A stretch of 64,000 nucleotides of DNA from an uncultured Bacteroidota bacterium (GCA_963790965.1 CAWBQO010000004.1:1512-65511); one strand, 5' to 3'. Shown: positions 41,466 through 51,207, numbered from the stretch's first letter. Program-made: numbers and translations. Notes: generated by a model not told the origin, from the sequence alone.

Positions 41466-43871
41466 TTAACGATTCCCGAAGCGAGTAACATTCCACTTGA
41501 TCTTCCCGGAAGACGGATCATTGGCCAGCCGGTAACTGCCGCCTCTCCGCTGGAGCTGGAGCGTTTGCACCTGCCCTTCGGGAAGGGCAAAGAGTCCCGT
41601 CGCCGTTCCGCCAGGTTCGCCGAAAACCCGCAGTTCGACGTTCGACCAGTCGATCTCGGAGGTGCTTTGCGCAACGGCGACCTCCGGAATGACCGCCCCG
41701 CTGCGAACAAGGAGCACAATAGGAATCTCTCCGGCCGTGATCTCGTGCCACTGCGCGCCTTCATACGAGCGGCCCGTCTGATAGTCGATCCACGTTCCCG
41801 GCGGGAGGTAGACGCGGCGCGTGTCCGTCTCTTCGAAGAGCGGAGCCACCAGCATCTCTTTACCGAACAGGTACTCGTCCTCGATGAGCCACGAGGTCGG
41901 GTCTTCCGGATACTCGAAGAAGAGCGCCCGCATGACGGGGTGGCCCTTGGACGAGGCATCAACGGACTGCGCGTAGATGTACGGCATGAGCGAATACTTC
42001 AGCTCCATGGCCCGGCGAAAATCGTCGGCGAGGGCTTCGTCGTATTCCCAAGGCTCACGCGGAGGCGCGCCGTGGGTTCGGGTGTGAGAGGTCAGCGCGC
42101 CGAACGGCGTCCACCGGCGGTAAAGCGCGCGCGGCGACCGGTTGACGAATCCGCCGATGTCGTGACTCCAGTAAGTAAAGCCGGAAAGCCCAAAAGAAAG
42201 CCCGGCACGCAACGAGGCCGCCATAGCGGAGTTCGTGTTCTCGGCGTCGCCGCCCCAGTGCAGCGGGTAGCGCTGCGAGCCTGCCCAGGCGCTGCGGCCC
42301 CAGATAATGCCGCCGCCGGTGACGTCCTTCGTCACGTTGTAGACCGCCTTGTTGTAGCGCACCGGGTACAGGTTGTGCTCGTACCAGCCCGTCCGACCGG
42401 AATGGTAGAGTCCGTAGAGCGGCGCGTCCTCGCCAAAGTCAGCCTTGATGACGCTCACGCCCATGTTAAGCAGGCCGCGGAGCTTGCCCTGATACCAGGC
42501 CACGGCCTCCGGATTGCTGAAGTCCAGGATGGCGTCTTCATAAGGCAAGATGCCGCCTTCGTTGCGGACGTTGTAGCCATTCTGAACGATCTCGTCCCAG
42601 AGGCGGTTTTTGCTCGTGAAGTAGGTAAGCTGCCACAGGCTGACGTGGAAGCCCATGCCTTTCAGATCCTGGATCATTCCCTGTGGATCGTCGAAGCGGG
42701 AGGCGGCAAAGCGGTAGTCATTGCGCCAATCGGTTTCGAACCAGCCCGTGTCGAGGTGGAGCACGTCGGTCGGGATGCGGTAGTCGCGGAGCTGCTGCGC
42801 CACGCGGCGGACCTGGGCTTCGTTGTCGTACGTGATCCGGCTCATCCAGAGGCCAAAGGACCATAGCGGGGGCACGGGGCTGCGGCCCGTGAGGGCGGTG
42901 TACTCGGACAGCACCTCCTTCGGTTCGCCCAAAAAGACGAAGAGGTCCATCACCTCGTCCCCGGTGTAGACGGTCGTGTGGGCTTCGTAGTCGTGGCCGA
43001 AGTCGAGCGTCACCGGCGTGCTCGTATGAGCAAACATGCCATAGCCGTTGCTGCTCATGAAGAAAGGCACGGCCTTGTACTGATGCGTGTTCTGCGCGCC
43101 CATTGCGTCGCGAAGATAGAGGAGCATCTTCTGCCCGCGCTTGTCGAGGCGGGTGAAGGACTCGCCGCCGCCGTAGAGGTGTTCGTCCTGCTGCAACTCG
43201 AACGTGGCTGCCGTGCTTCGGCCGAAATCGCGCGCCCGCCTTACGAAGGAGAAAGGCACGTACGGAGCGAAGGAAGCTGGCTGCCCGAGCGTCTGCGTCT
43301 GCGTTAGAAGCTTACCGTCGGCGTCATAGAAGGCGATGCCGAAGGGCCGCTGGGAAATTCGCACTTGCCCGGCGCTGCTCGTGTAAACGACGACGCTGTC
43401 CTCGGTCGATACCGTCCACGCGCTGCGGCCATCCAGCACCGGGCCGTCGAGCATAACCGAAGGCTCGGCGGTCATCATTTCGAGCGGCACATGCCGGGTG
43501 TTGAACCGCAGCCGCACGGCTCGAGGAGAAGCAAAGTCGATCTGGAAAGGAAGCTCCGGGTCGCGGTCATACTCCGTTGCCGGAAACTCGTTGGATTCCG
43601 CCCGCTCGAAGGGAAGGTCGATCTTGTTGAAAGAAGTCGTCGGACCCCGCTCGTAGCGGTTCCACCGAAGCGTTCCGGACCCTGTGGCGGGGTCGAACTG
43701 AACTACTTGTGCGCCCACGAAATACGTCGAGGCAAGATCCTTGAACTGCTCGCTGATGTCGACCCGGTCGCCGAGTATGTCTTGGGCGCGAACCGCGGGT
43801 GCCGTCACGAAGAGCACGGGTAAAAGAAGGAGGCCGAGCTGGAGGGCTGCGCGCCGCAAGGAGTTAACCAT
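41466..43871 (-). CDS. GH31 alpha-xylosidase-like (paralog 2)
   Basis: ATG 43871, signal ...VRA-Q; PPLWSFGLWMSRITY, LHLDTGWFE, IKADFGE, HWGGD, WSHDIGGF. Confidence 0.88.
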   Translation of the reverse strand: MVNSLRRAALQLGLLLLPVLFVTAPAVRAQDILGDRVDISEQFKDLASTYFVGAQVVQFDPATGSGTLRWNRYERGPTTSFNKIDLPFERAESNEFPATEYDRDPELPFQIDFASPRAVRLRFNTRHVPLEMMTAEPSVMLDGPVLDGRSAWTVSTEDSVVVYTSSAGQVRISQRPFGIAFYDADGKLLTQTQTLGQPASFAPYVPFSFVRRARDFGRSTAATFELQQDEHLYGGGESFTRLDKRGQKMLLYLRDAMGAQNTHQYKAVPFFMSSNGYGMFAHTSTPVTLDFGHDYEAHTTVYTGDEVMDLFVFLGEPKEVLSEYTALTGRSPVPPLWSFGLWMSRITYDNEAQVRRVAQQLRDYRIPTDVLHLDTGWFETDWRNDYRFAASRFDDPQGMIQDLKGMGFHVSLWQLTYFTSKNRLWDEIVQNGYNVRNEGGILPYEDAILDFSNPEAVAWYQGKLRGLLNMGVSVIKADFGEDAPLYGLYHSGRTGWYEHNLYPVRYNKAVYNVTKDVTGGGIIWGRSAWAGSQRYPLHWGGDAENTNSAMAASLRAGLSFGLSGFTYWSHDIGGFVNRSPRALYRRWTPFGALTSHTRTHGAPPREPWEYDEALADDFRRAMELKYSLMPYIYAQSVDASSKGHPVMRALFFEYPEDPTSWLIEDEYLFGKEMLVAPLFEETDTRRVYLPPGTWIDYQTGRSYEGAQWHEITAGEIPIVLLVRSGAVIPEVAVAQSTSEIDWSNVELRVFGEPGGTATGLFALPEGQVQTLQLQRRGGSYRLANDPSSGKIKWNVTRFGNR

Positions 43872-44137
43872 AGCAGGGGAAATGTAGAGGTGACTATGTG
43901 TCGGAGGACGCCGGAGACCATTCACCGTGAGTTTACCTGTAGACGACCGTTGCGCGAGGTACCACGACAGCCGGGATGTATTAGAGCGCCTTTTCGCGGC
44001 GGCGCTTGGCGGGGCACGGGTAAGATCGCCCTTTTCCTTTTATACAACAAATGGTTTTATCAATCAACGGCATTTTGTATTTTGGTGTGGACCTCGCTCC
44101 TTCTGTCGAGGCTTTGCGGCCAAAATCAGTGTCTGCT

Positions 44138-47100
44138 ATGAAACGTACCCTCTCGCTCTACATCAGTCTTCTGATAGCGCTTTTCGCTCCGTCGATGGCC
44201 CAGGCGCAAGTAGTTCTCGATGCCATCTACGCCAACGGCATGGTGCTGCAGCGTGAGACGCCCGTCCTGCTGCGCGGAACCGCAAACGCCGGTGCAGTCG
44301 TTAGCGCGCATTTCAATGAACTGCCGGCGGTAGAGGGCCTTGCCGACGCAAAGGGGCGCTGGAGCCTCAGCCTCCCGGCGATGGATGCCGGCGGACCGCA
44401 CACCCTCCGCGTTACGAGCGGCAACACAACGCGCACCCTGACCGACGTTTACATCGGTGACGTGTGGCTCGCCTCCGGGCAGTCGAACATGGAGATGGCG
44501 CTTTCTCAGGTGCAGGTCGGTACGTCGGTTAACGAGCCGCTGATCCGCCAGTTCAAAGTGCAAAAGGGCCTCGCCAACGAACCCTCAGCCGTCCTGCCTT
44601 CGAGCGCCTGGACGAAAGCGACCTCGTCCGCGGCCGGTGCCTTCTCCGCCGTGGCCTTCTACTTCGCGCGCGATTTGAGAGCGCACGTCGATGTGCCCAT
44701 CGGCATTCTGAACATTTCCTACGGCGGCAGCCGCATCGAGACGTGGATGAGCGACGAGATGCTGGGCTACGATGAGACGGACCGGGTCCTCGCAAACGGC
44801 GAACCCGAGCGCCAGCCCACCCTCGCCTTTAACAAGATGATCAACCCGGTCATCGGGTTTCCCATCAAAGGCTTCCTCTGGTACCAGGGCGAATCGAATG
44901 CGGACAACATGGAGGACGCGCTCGCCTACGGCGCACTCTTTCGCACGATGATCCAGAGCTGGCGCACGCTCTGGGGCCAGGGCGACCTGCCCTTCCTATG
45001 GGTGCAGCTCCCCGGCTACGGCACGCCCGCCGGAGACCAGCCCTCCACCTGGGACGCCTGGCCGCGCCTGCGCGTAGGCCAATCGAGCGCGCTCGCGCTC
45101 CCGAACACCGGCGAGGCAATCACGATCGATGTGGGTGACACGGACATTCACCCCAAGAACAAGCTGCCCGTCGGCGTGCGCCTGTCGACGGTGGCTCGGC
45201 ACGTCGCCTATGGAGAGGACATTGTCTATTCCGGTCCCCGTTACGTTAGCAATGTACTTGAGGAAAACGGCCGCGTGCGCGTCCGCTTCACCCACACGGG
45301 CGGCGGCCTCGTTGCAGAGGGATCGGACGCCGGAGTGCTCTCTTCTTTCGCTCTCGGCGATGATAGCGGCCGGTTCGTCTGGGCGAATGCAGAGGTCGAC
45401 GGCGAGGAGGTTGTCCTGTGGAGCGACGCCGTCCCCGAGCCGGCCGAGGTGCGCTATGCCTGGGAGTACAATCCCGCCGACGCGAACCTTTACAATGCCG
45501 AAGGGCTGCCGGCAGCGCCGTTCCGCGCGCTGGTTAATCCCGGGTTTGGAATTGCCGCTTTTTCGGCAGACCGCATGCTCATCGAGACGGGGCAGAGCAC
45601 GACCTTGACATGGATGGTCTACGGAGCCGAAACGGTGACGCTCAATGGCGCTCCTGTCGATACGTCGGGGACGCTTGTCATTCAGCCTGCCGAAACGACC
45701 ACCTACACGCTCCTCGCGACGAAGCGCGGCGAGCCGGACGTTACGGAAACCGCGTCGCTGAAAGTGGAAGTCATGGATGCCGGCGACATCAACCGCGCGC
45801 TCAACCGACCCGCTACCGCCTCTTCCTACGAATCCTGCTGCGGCCCGGCGCGCCTGCCTGCCTTCGCCGTCGATGGCGTAGACACAACGCGCTGGACGAG
45901 CGCCTGGAGCAACGGCGAGAACGGCACCACGCTCGACCCGAACTTCGACGGCGATCCCAGTGATGAGTGGCTGGCCGTCGACCTCGGCTCGGTGATCGAC
46001 ATCAGCCGCGTCGTCATCGCCTGGGAAGCGGCCTACGCGACCGAGTACGACCTGGAGGTGTCATACGACGGCTACCGCTACGAGCGTGTCTACCGGGAGC
46101 GGCAGGGGAATGGAGGTCAGGACGTGATCGCCTTTGAGACACCCGTCTCCGGCCGGTTCCTGCGCCTTCATGCGCTTCAGCGCGGCACGCAGTGGGGCTA
46201 CTCTGTCTGGGAGATGGCGGCGTACGGCACCGTATCTGAAAAGCAGCCTCCCACGGTTCAGATCGGCGCTTCGGGTGGAAACATCGGGAACGTCGGGGCT
46301 ACGGTGGCGCTCTCGGTGACAGCGACGGACGCCGACGGCACGGTCGCGAAGGTTGCCTTCTATGCAGATGGGCAGCTGATCAGCGAAGACGAATCGGCAC
46401 CTTACACCGCGTCCTGGGTGGCGGGGGCGCTGGGTGAAAGCAAGATCACGGCGGTCGCGACGGACAACGACGGCCTGTCCGTTCAGTCGCCGCCGCTGCT
46501 CTTCTACGTGGTGGGAACCGCCATGGCCACGCGGTATGAAGCTGAGAACGCGGTCCTTACCGGCGGGGCGGCCGTTATTGCAAGTGCGGCAACCAGCGGC
46601 GGCAAGTTCGTCGAGGGCCGGGATGCCTGGACGCTGACGTTTCCTGATGTTCAGGCAGCCACGGGTGGGGACTATCTGCTAGTTCTCGGCTACCAGCTCA
46701 CCTTCGAGTCGCCCAAGGCGCAGTACCTCGTCGTTGACGGAGACACGGTCGAGACGGTGGAGTTTACCGCGCCGTCGGCGACTCAGTGGATGAAGCGAGG
46801 CGTGCGCGTGTCGCTTGGAACGGGTTCGCATGAAGTGGCGATCCACGGCTTCTGGAACTGGATGAGCTTCGATTACCTCGATCTCATCCCGCTCTCCCTG
46901 TTGGCGCCGGTAGAGCCTTCCGCGCCGGGAGGGACGGATGGACTCGGCCTCTTCGTGTTGCCGAACCCTTTCAGCCACACCGCCACGCTTCAGTACAGCC
47001 TGTCCGCCCCCGGCCCGGTGCGGCTCGACGTGTTTGACCTCGCCGGTCGCCGGGTCGCAACCCTCGTGGAAGGCGTACAGGCCGCCGGAACCCACACCGC

Positions 47101-47197
47101 CCTTTTTGAGGGCACGGCACTGGCAAGCGGCGTATACCTATACCGCATCGAGGCCTCCGGCGAGAGCGTCACCGGGAGGATGACGCTGGTGAGATAG
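44138..47197 (+). CDS. SGNH carbohydrate acetylesterase (sialate O-acetylesterase-like) with Ig-like, CBM32, Big, CBM35-like domains and T9SS CTD
   Basis: MVLQR, GDVWLASGQSNM, GGSRIETW, WYQGESNA, DIHPKNK, NLYN.EGLPA.PFR; AVDG..TRWTS; CTD LPNPF...FDLAGRRV...LASGVYLYR. Confidence 0.87.
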   Translation: MKRTLSLYISLLIALFAPSMAQAQVVLDAIYANGMVLQRETPVLLRGTANAGAVVSAHFNELPAVEGLADAKGRWSLSLPAMDAGGPHTLRVTSGNTTRTLTDVYIGDVWLASGQSNMEMALSQVQVGTSVNEPLIRQFKVQKGLANEPSAVLPSSAWTKATSSAAGAFSAVAFYFARDLRAHVDVPIGILNISYGGSRIETWMSDEMLGYDETDRVLANGEPERQPTLAFNKMINPVIGFPIKGFLWYQGESNADNMEDALAYGALFRTMIQSWRTLWGQGDLPFLWVQLPGYGTPAGDQPSTWDAWPRLRVGQSSALALPNTGEAITIDVGDTDIHPKNKLPVGVRLSTVARHVAYGEDIVYSGPRYVSNVLEENGRVRVRFTHTGGGLVAEGSDAGVLSSFALGDDSGRFVWANAEVDGEEVVLWSDAVPEPAEVRYAWEYNPADANLYNAEGLPAAPFRALVNPGFGIAAFSADRMLIETGQSTTLTWMVYGAETVTLNGAPVDTSGTLVIQPAETTTYTLLATKRGEPDVTETASLKVEVMDAGDINRALNRPATASSYESCCGPARLPAFAVDGVDTTRWTSAWSNGENGTTLDPNFDGDPSDEWLAVDLGSVIDISRVVIAWEAAYATEYDLEVSYDGYRYERVYRERQGNGGQDVIAFETPVSGRFLRLHALQRGTQWGYSVWEMAAYGTVSEKQPPTVQIGASGGNIGNVGATVALSVTATDADGTVAKVAFYADGQLISEDESAPYTASWVAGALGESKITAVATDNDGLSVQSPPLLFYVVGTAMATRYEAENAVLTGGAAVIASAATSGGKFVEGRDAWTLTFPDVQAATGGDYLLVLGYQLTFESPKAQYLVVDGDTVETVEFTAPSATQWMKRGVRVSLGTGSHEVAIHGFWNWMSFDYLDLIPLSLLAPVEPSAPGGTDGLGLFVLPNPFSHTATLQYSLSAPGPVRLDVFDLAGRRVATLVEGVQAAGTHTALFEGTALASGVYLYRIEASGESVTGRMTLVR

Positions 47198-47349
47198 TTG
47201 TGGGCGCTTTAGGCTGTGAATATCCGCTGCACACGTTATTGTGAGGGAGCGCGGTGCATCGTGCACTTGTAGCGCATCTCACGTAAACGCCTTCTTGCGT
47301 AAGCCGACGGTTGCTCCGGCAGCCTGGTATATCCAGGGTAAACAGCTTC

Positions 47350-48396
47350 TCAGTTCACCGCGCGGGTGGATTCGCGGACGACCAGCTCGGCCTGCAACAC
47401 CACTTGCTCCACGGGTGCCCGCCCGCCTGTTTCGATTGCCCGCAGCAGCAGCTCCGCGGCCGTCGTGCCGATCTCGCGCTTGGGCACATGGACCGTCGTA
47501 AGCGGCACGCTACCATAGGCGGCAAACGGGATGTCGTCGAAGCCGACGACGGATACGTCTCCCGGCACGTGAATGCCAAGCTCCGTGAGCGCGCGAACGA
47601 CGCCGAGCGCCACCATGTCATTGTAGCACGCGACGCCCGTCGGATGATCCGATCGGTGCTCGCGAAAGTAGGAGAGGGCCGCGTCGTAGCCGTCGCGCAG
47701 GTGGGCCCCTGTGGGCACGATCACGTCATCGCTGAAACGCAGGTGAGACTGGCTGAACGCCTTCTCCAGGCCGAGCACCCGGTCGATGCTGTGCTGCGAG
47801 TAGATCGGACCTGCAAAATGGACGATCCGTTCGTGCCCCGTGTCGAAAAGGTACTGAACGGCTGCCTGGAAGGCGCGCACATTGTCCACGCTAACGACGC
47901 TCGCCTGCAGGCCCGTCACGCGCTCTACAAGCACCAGGGGATATTCGCTCCGCTTGAGCTGGAAGAGCTGCGAAAGGTCGACATTGTCGTGCAGCACCGG
48001 CGCTATGATGATGCCGCTCAAAAACCGGTTGCGCATGGCCGAAACGAGCGTCCGTTCGTTTTCCGAATCTCCTTCCGAGGCGGTGATGAAAGAGAGGAAC
48101 TTGCTATCGACCATGCGCTTCTGCACGGCACCGGCAACTTCGGAGAAGTAGGGATTCTCCATCTCCTTGATAACCACGCCAATCCCCGGCTCGACGGTGT
48201 TGCCGTCGTTGGGGATCCCGGCGAGGTGCCGGGCGGCGGGCGAAGGCTGATAACCGACCTGCTCGACGACGCGAAGCACCCGGCGGCGCGTCTCGTCCCG
48301 GACCGTGCTGCGTTCGTTGATCACCGCCGATACGGTCCCCGTCGAGACGCCCGCACGGCGGGCTATGTCGGATATCGTCAGCTTCTTCTCAGCCAT
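47350..48396 (-). CDS. LacI-family transcriptional regulator
   Basis: TISDIARRAGVSTGTVS HTH; GYQPS..AR.L hinge; NDMVALG, VP.DVSVVGFDD, LTTV, LVVRES. Confidence 0.93.
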   Translation of the reverse strand: MAEKKLTISDIARRAGVSTGTVSAVINERSTVRDETRRRVLRVVEQVGYQPSPAARHLAGIPNDGNTVEPGIGVVIKEMENPYFSEVAGAVQKRMVDSKFLSFITASEGDSENERTLVSAMRNRFLSGIIIAPVLHDNVDLSQLFQLKRSEYPLVLVERVTGLQASVVSVDNVRAFQAAVQYLFDTGHERIVHFAGPIYSQHSIDRVLGLEKAFSQSHLRFSDDVIVPTGAHLRDGYDAALSYFREHRSDHPTGVACYNDMVALGVVRALTELGIHVPGDVSVVGFDDIPFAAYGSVPLTTVHVPKREIGTTAAELLLRAIETGGRAPVEQVVLQAELVVRESTRAVN

Positions 48397-48409
48397 TGCC
48401 GGTAGATTC

Positions 48410-48423
48410 TTAAAGCGCTTCAT
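48410..48423. promoter_or_regulatory. candidate LacI autoregulatory operator TTAAAGCGCTTCAT
   Basis: Palindromic core AAGCGCTT just upstream of the lacI ATG (48396). Confidence 0.5.
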
Positions 48424-48530
48424 TTGGTGCAATGCGGCGTACGCCTGTACGGGGCAAGGGGGTATTGAGATCCACTCAGATCATCCCCTACGCAAAGTAA
48501 GAAGAATTGAAACAGGGATCACGATTGGCC

Positions 48531-48559
48531 TTGCTTTTCGATAAGTATTGCCGTAAATA
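48531..48559 (+). promoter_or_regulatory. sigma70-like promoter (TTGCTT-17bp-TAAATA)
   Basis: AT-rich divergent region; same -10 hexamer and spacing as 3838-3866. Confidence 0.45.
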
Positions 48560-48802
48560 TCAGGTGCCAGGGAAAACGCCGTCGCGATGCGTTCGGATTC
48601 CCACAGGCACGGGTTGTTTGATGCGGTTCAATGAGGGGAGCGGAAGCCGGCAAGCGGCCGGAAGAAAGGCTTGAAACGTAGGTTCAGCCTTGTTTTTTGC
48701 GCTTTTTTCGGTACCGCTTTCGGGCCCCGAGCCGGCCGCCGGCACGGCGTTCATAAAGGAGTCAACTCGGCTCTTCCTATTCACCACAGATCCTTTACAC
48801 CT

Positions 48803-51163
48803 ATGCGAAGTGTGACGATCCTCAGCGCGATGCTCGCGCTGATGCTGGTTGCCCCCGCCGCCATGGCGCAGGTCGAACCAGTTTACCCTTATCCCGCGGA
48901 CCCGGAGACGCCGGTCCTCGGAGATAACTTTATCTTTTTCGTCGATGGCACCAACACGAAGGTGCAGAACGTCATCGGCGGGACCATCATGAACAATCCG
49001 CAGGATGCCAGTGACAAGGTGATCAAGCTCGGCGTTGGCTCTTGGGGTCAGGCGGGCTTCGCTTGGGACGAGACCGGCGTCAACATGGAGCAGAATATTG
49101 ACGACGGCGACTCGCTCTTCCTCGACATCCAGGTTCCGGCTAACACGCAGAAGCTCGTGGCACTTACCATCCGCGACTTTGCAGGAACAGTGAGTTCGGA
49201 TCCCGATTCCGACCTGCCGTTCGGCGTTACGTGGTGGCTGCCGGATTCGCTCTATGACGGCAACTGGCATCACCTCGAAATTCCGCTTCCTTTCAAGACG
49301 AAGGCCATTCAGGATTCGGCGAAGATCGGCAAGTACGCCGACGGAACGGCGATCCCCGCGGAACTCATGCCGAGCCGGGCAAAGCTGAACTGGGGCTACT
49401 TCACGCCCTGGAACGGTTCCGTGAGCGTCGGCCCCGGCCATGAGCAGTGGAAGGACATGACCTGGTACCGCATTCGCCGCGTCGGTATTTCCTTCGAAGG
49501 AGACGGAGGTGCCGGTCCGCTACTCGACAACGTGTACATCGGCAACTCAGGGGTCGACATGTCGGTGGCCACGCAGCCCGCGCAGTCTCCGCTGCCGAAC
49601 CTGAACGTCACCTCCGACGGGGACATGGCGTATATCACATGGACGCACGATCCGACGTCGGATATTGGCGCGTACAACCTGTACACGAGCAGCAAGCCGA
49701 TCACCGGTCCGAACGATCCCGACGCGCGCTGGCTCGCCGGATTTGGCGTCGACGGAGATCTCAGCTACGAGCATCCGGTTTATTCTCCGCACCCGAGCGA
49801 CGCCTCGCAGACGTACTACTATGCGCTCGTTGCGGCCAACACGTTTGGCTACGTCCCGAACGACGCGACCATAGAGACCGCAAGCCTCACCACGGAAGGC
49901 CGCCCGATTCCGTACATCTATGCGCTTACGGACGAGCAGCACGCAACCATCGAGAGCAACCTCATGGCCGGTGTTGCCTCTGCGGACGGATTTAACGGGG
50001 ACGTGATGAAGCCGTTCGTCCTCATGGGCAATACGGCGACCGACTATCCCGGCGAGTATACCGGCGAGATGGACGCTTCGGCGAAGGTCTGGGTGGCATA
50101 TAAAAAGGCTGCCGACTTCACGAGCTTCTATATCTATGCCGAAGTCATGGACGATTCGCCGTACCTGACGACCGTTCGCGCTCCCGAGTACGACGGCGCT
50201 TCGGGATTCAAATCGTGGGCGCACGCCGACATGGGTGACTTCCAGGATCCGACGATCTCGTGGAACGTCTATCTGCGCGATCAGCTGCAGTTTTACTTCG
50301 GCACCTACGATGTGCCGTTTACGGAAGGTTCCAAGGGTGGCCGCAAGCGCGGAGCCACGCCGGATTACTTCCTCTCGTTTACGCCATACGTGACGACGCT
50401 GGCTGAAGAGAACACCGGCAACATCGAGGACGTGCTCGTTCGCTTGTGGGCGGAAAAAGCATTGAAGCTCGACGATACGCAGGGAGATACCACCTACTTC
50501 TACAGTTCGGCAACCGAACTCGTGATTCCGCCCGTGTATGAGAATATCCTGGATGGATCCGGTGCCCGGATCGGATGGAAGATCCTCGCTGCGATTGATG
50601 CTACTGATCTGCTTCAGGCGAAGGATGCCTCCGGCAACCCGGTGGATGCCATTTTCGAGGCACCCGCTGATGACGGCATCAAGTACATCCCCTTCGCCAT
50701 TAATCTGGTCGATAAGGACGATGACTTTAAGCCGAATCACGGCAACTGGTGGGAAATTGCGAGCACGACGCTCGGGTGGTCGACCAAGCCGGACGCGAGC
50801 TTCTACGAGCCGGAGCCGACTGTTAATGACGTAGGTGCCGTGGCGGTGGTCGGCCTTGACCGCATCATCGTGGCCAACGAGACGGCCGACGTGCCCGGCA
50901 CGTTCGAGCTGCTGCAGAACTACCCGAACCCGTTCAACCCGAGCACGACGATTGCTTTCGAGCTTCCGACGGCTTCGGACGTGACGCTGACCGTCTATGA
51001 CGTGCTCGGCCGCCGCGTTGCGACCCTCCTCCAGGGCCAGCAGTTTGCAGCGGGCCGCGTAACCGTCACGATGGACGCGCGCACGCTCACCGCGGGTACG
51101 TACTTCTACCGCGTCGAAGCCGGTGACCATACGGCCACCAGGCAGATGATGCTCGTTAAGTAA
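48803..51163 (+). CDS. T9SS-secreted protein of unknown function (CBM-like jelly-roll, FN3-like, CBM9/DOMON-like, type A CTD)
   Basis: Signal ...AMA-Q; DGNWHHLEIP; YIYAEVMDD...D.LQFYF...IPFAINLVD.D pattern; CTD LLQNYPNPFNPST...VYDVLGRRV...AGTYFYR...MMLVK. Confidence 0.78.
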   Translation: MRSVTILSAMLALMLVAPAAMAQVEPVYPYPADPETPVLGDNFIFFVDGTNTKVQNVIGGTIMNNPQDASDKVIKLGVGSWGQAGFAWDETGVNMEQNIDDGDSLFLDIQVPANTQKLVALTIRDFAGTVSSDPDSDLPFGVTWWLPDSLYDGNWHHLEIPLPFKTKAIQDSAKIGKYADGTAIPAELMPSRAKLNWGYFTPWNGSVSVGPGHEQWKDMTWYRIRRVGISFEGDGGAGPLLDNVYIGNSGVDMSVATQPAQSPLPNLNVTSDGDMAYITWTHDPTSDIGAYNLYTSSKPITGPNDPDARWLAGFGVDGDLSYEHPVYSPHPSDASQTYYYALVAANTFGYVPNDATIETASLTTEGRPIPYIYALTDEQHATIESNLMAGVASADGFNGDVMKPFVLMGNTATDYPGEYTGEMDASAKVWVAYKKAADFTSFYIYAEVMDDSPYLTTVRAPEYDGASGFKSWAHADMGDFQDPTISWNVYLRDQLQFYFGTYDVPFTEGSKGGRKRGATPDYFLSFTPYVTTLAEENTGNIEDVLVRLWAEKALKLDDTQGDTTYFYSSATELVIPPVYENILDGSGARIGWKILAAIDATDLLQAKDASGNPVDAIFEAPADDGIKYIPFAINLVDKDDDFKPNHGNWWEIASTTLGWSTKPDASFYEPEPTVNDVGAVAVVGLDRIIVANETADVPGTFELLQNYPNPFNPSTTIAFELPTASDVTLTVYDVLGRRVATLLQGQQFAAGRVTVTMDARTLTAGTYFYRVEAGDHTATRQMMLVK

Positions 51164-51176
51164 GTATTGCCTGAAC

Positions 51177-51207
51177 GAATAAGGGGGCCGCAAGGCCCCC
51201 TTTATTC
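51177..51207 (+). terminator. strong stem-loop with GCAA tetraloop (terminator or attenuator)
   Basis: GAATAAGGGGGCC GCAA GGCCCCCTTTATTC followed by a pyrimidine tract. Confidence 0.65.

Noticed and set aside
47265-47310. Weak operator-like words (TGTAGCGCAT, GTAAACGCCTT)
   Set aside because: Located between convergent gene ends and poorly palindromic.
48542-51171. Identical 11-mer TAAGTATTGCC at 48542 and 51161
   Set aside because: 11-bp matches are expected by chance in 64 kb, and the second copy includes a stop codon.
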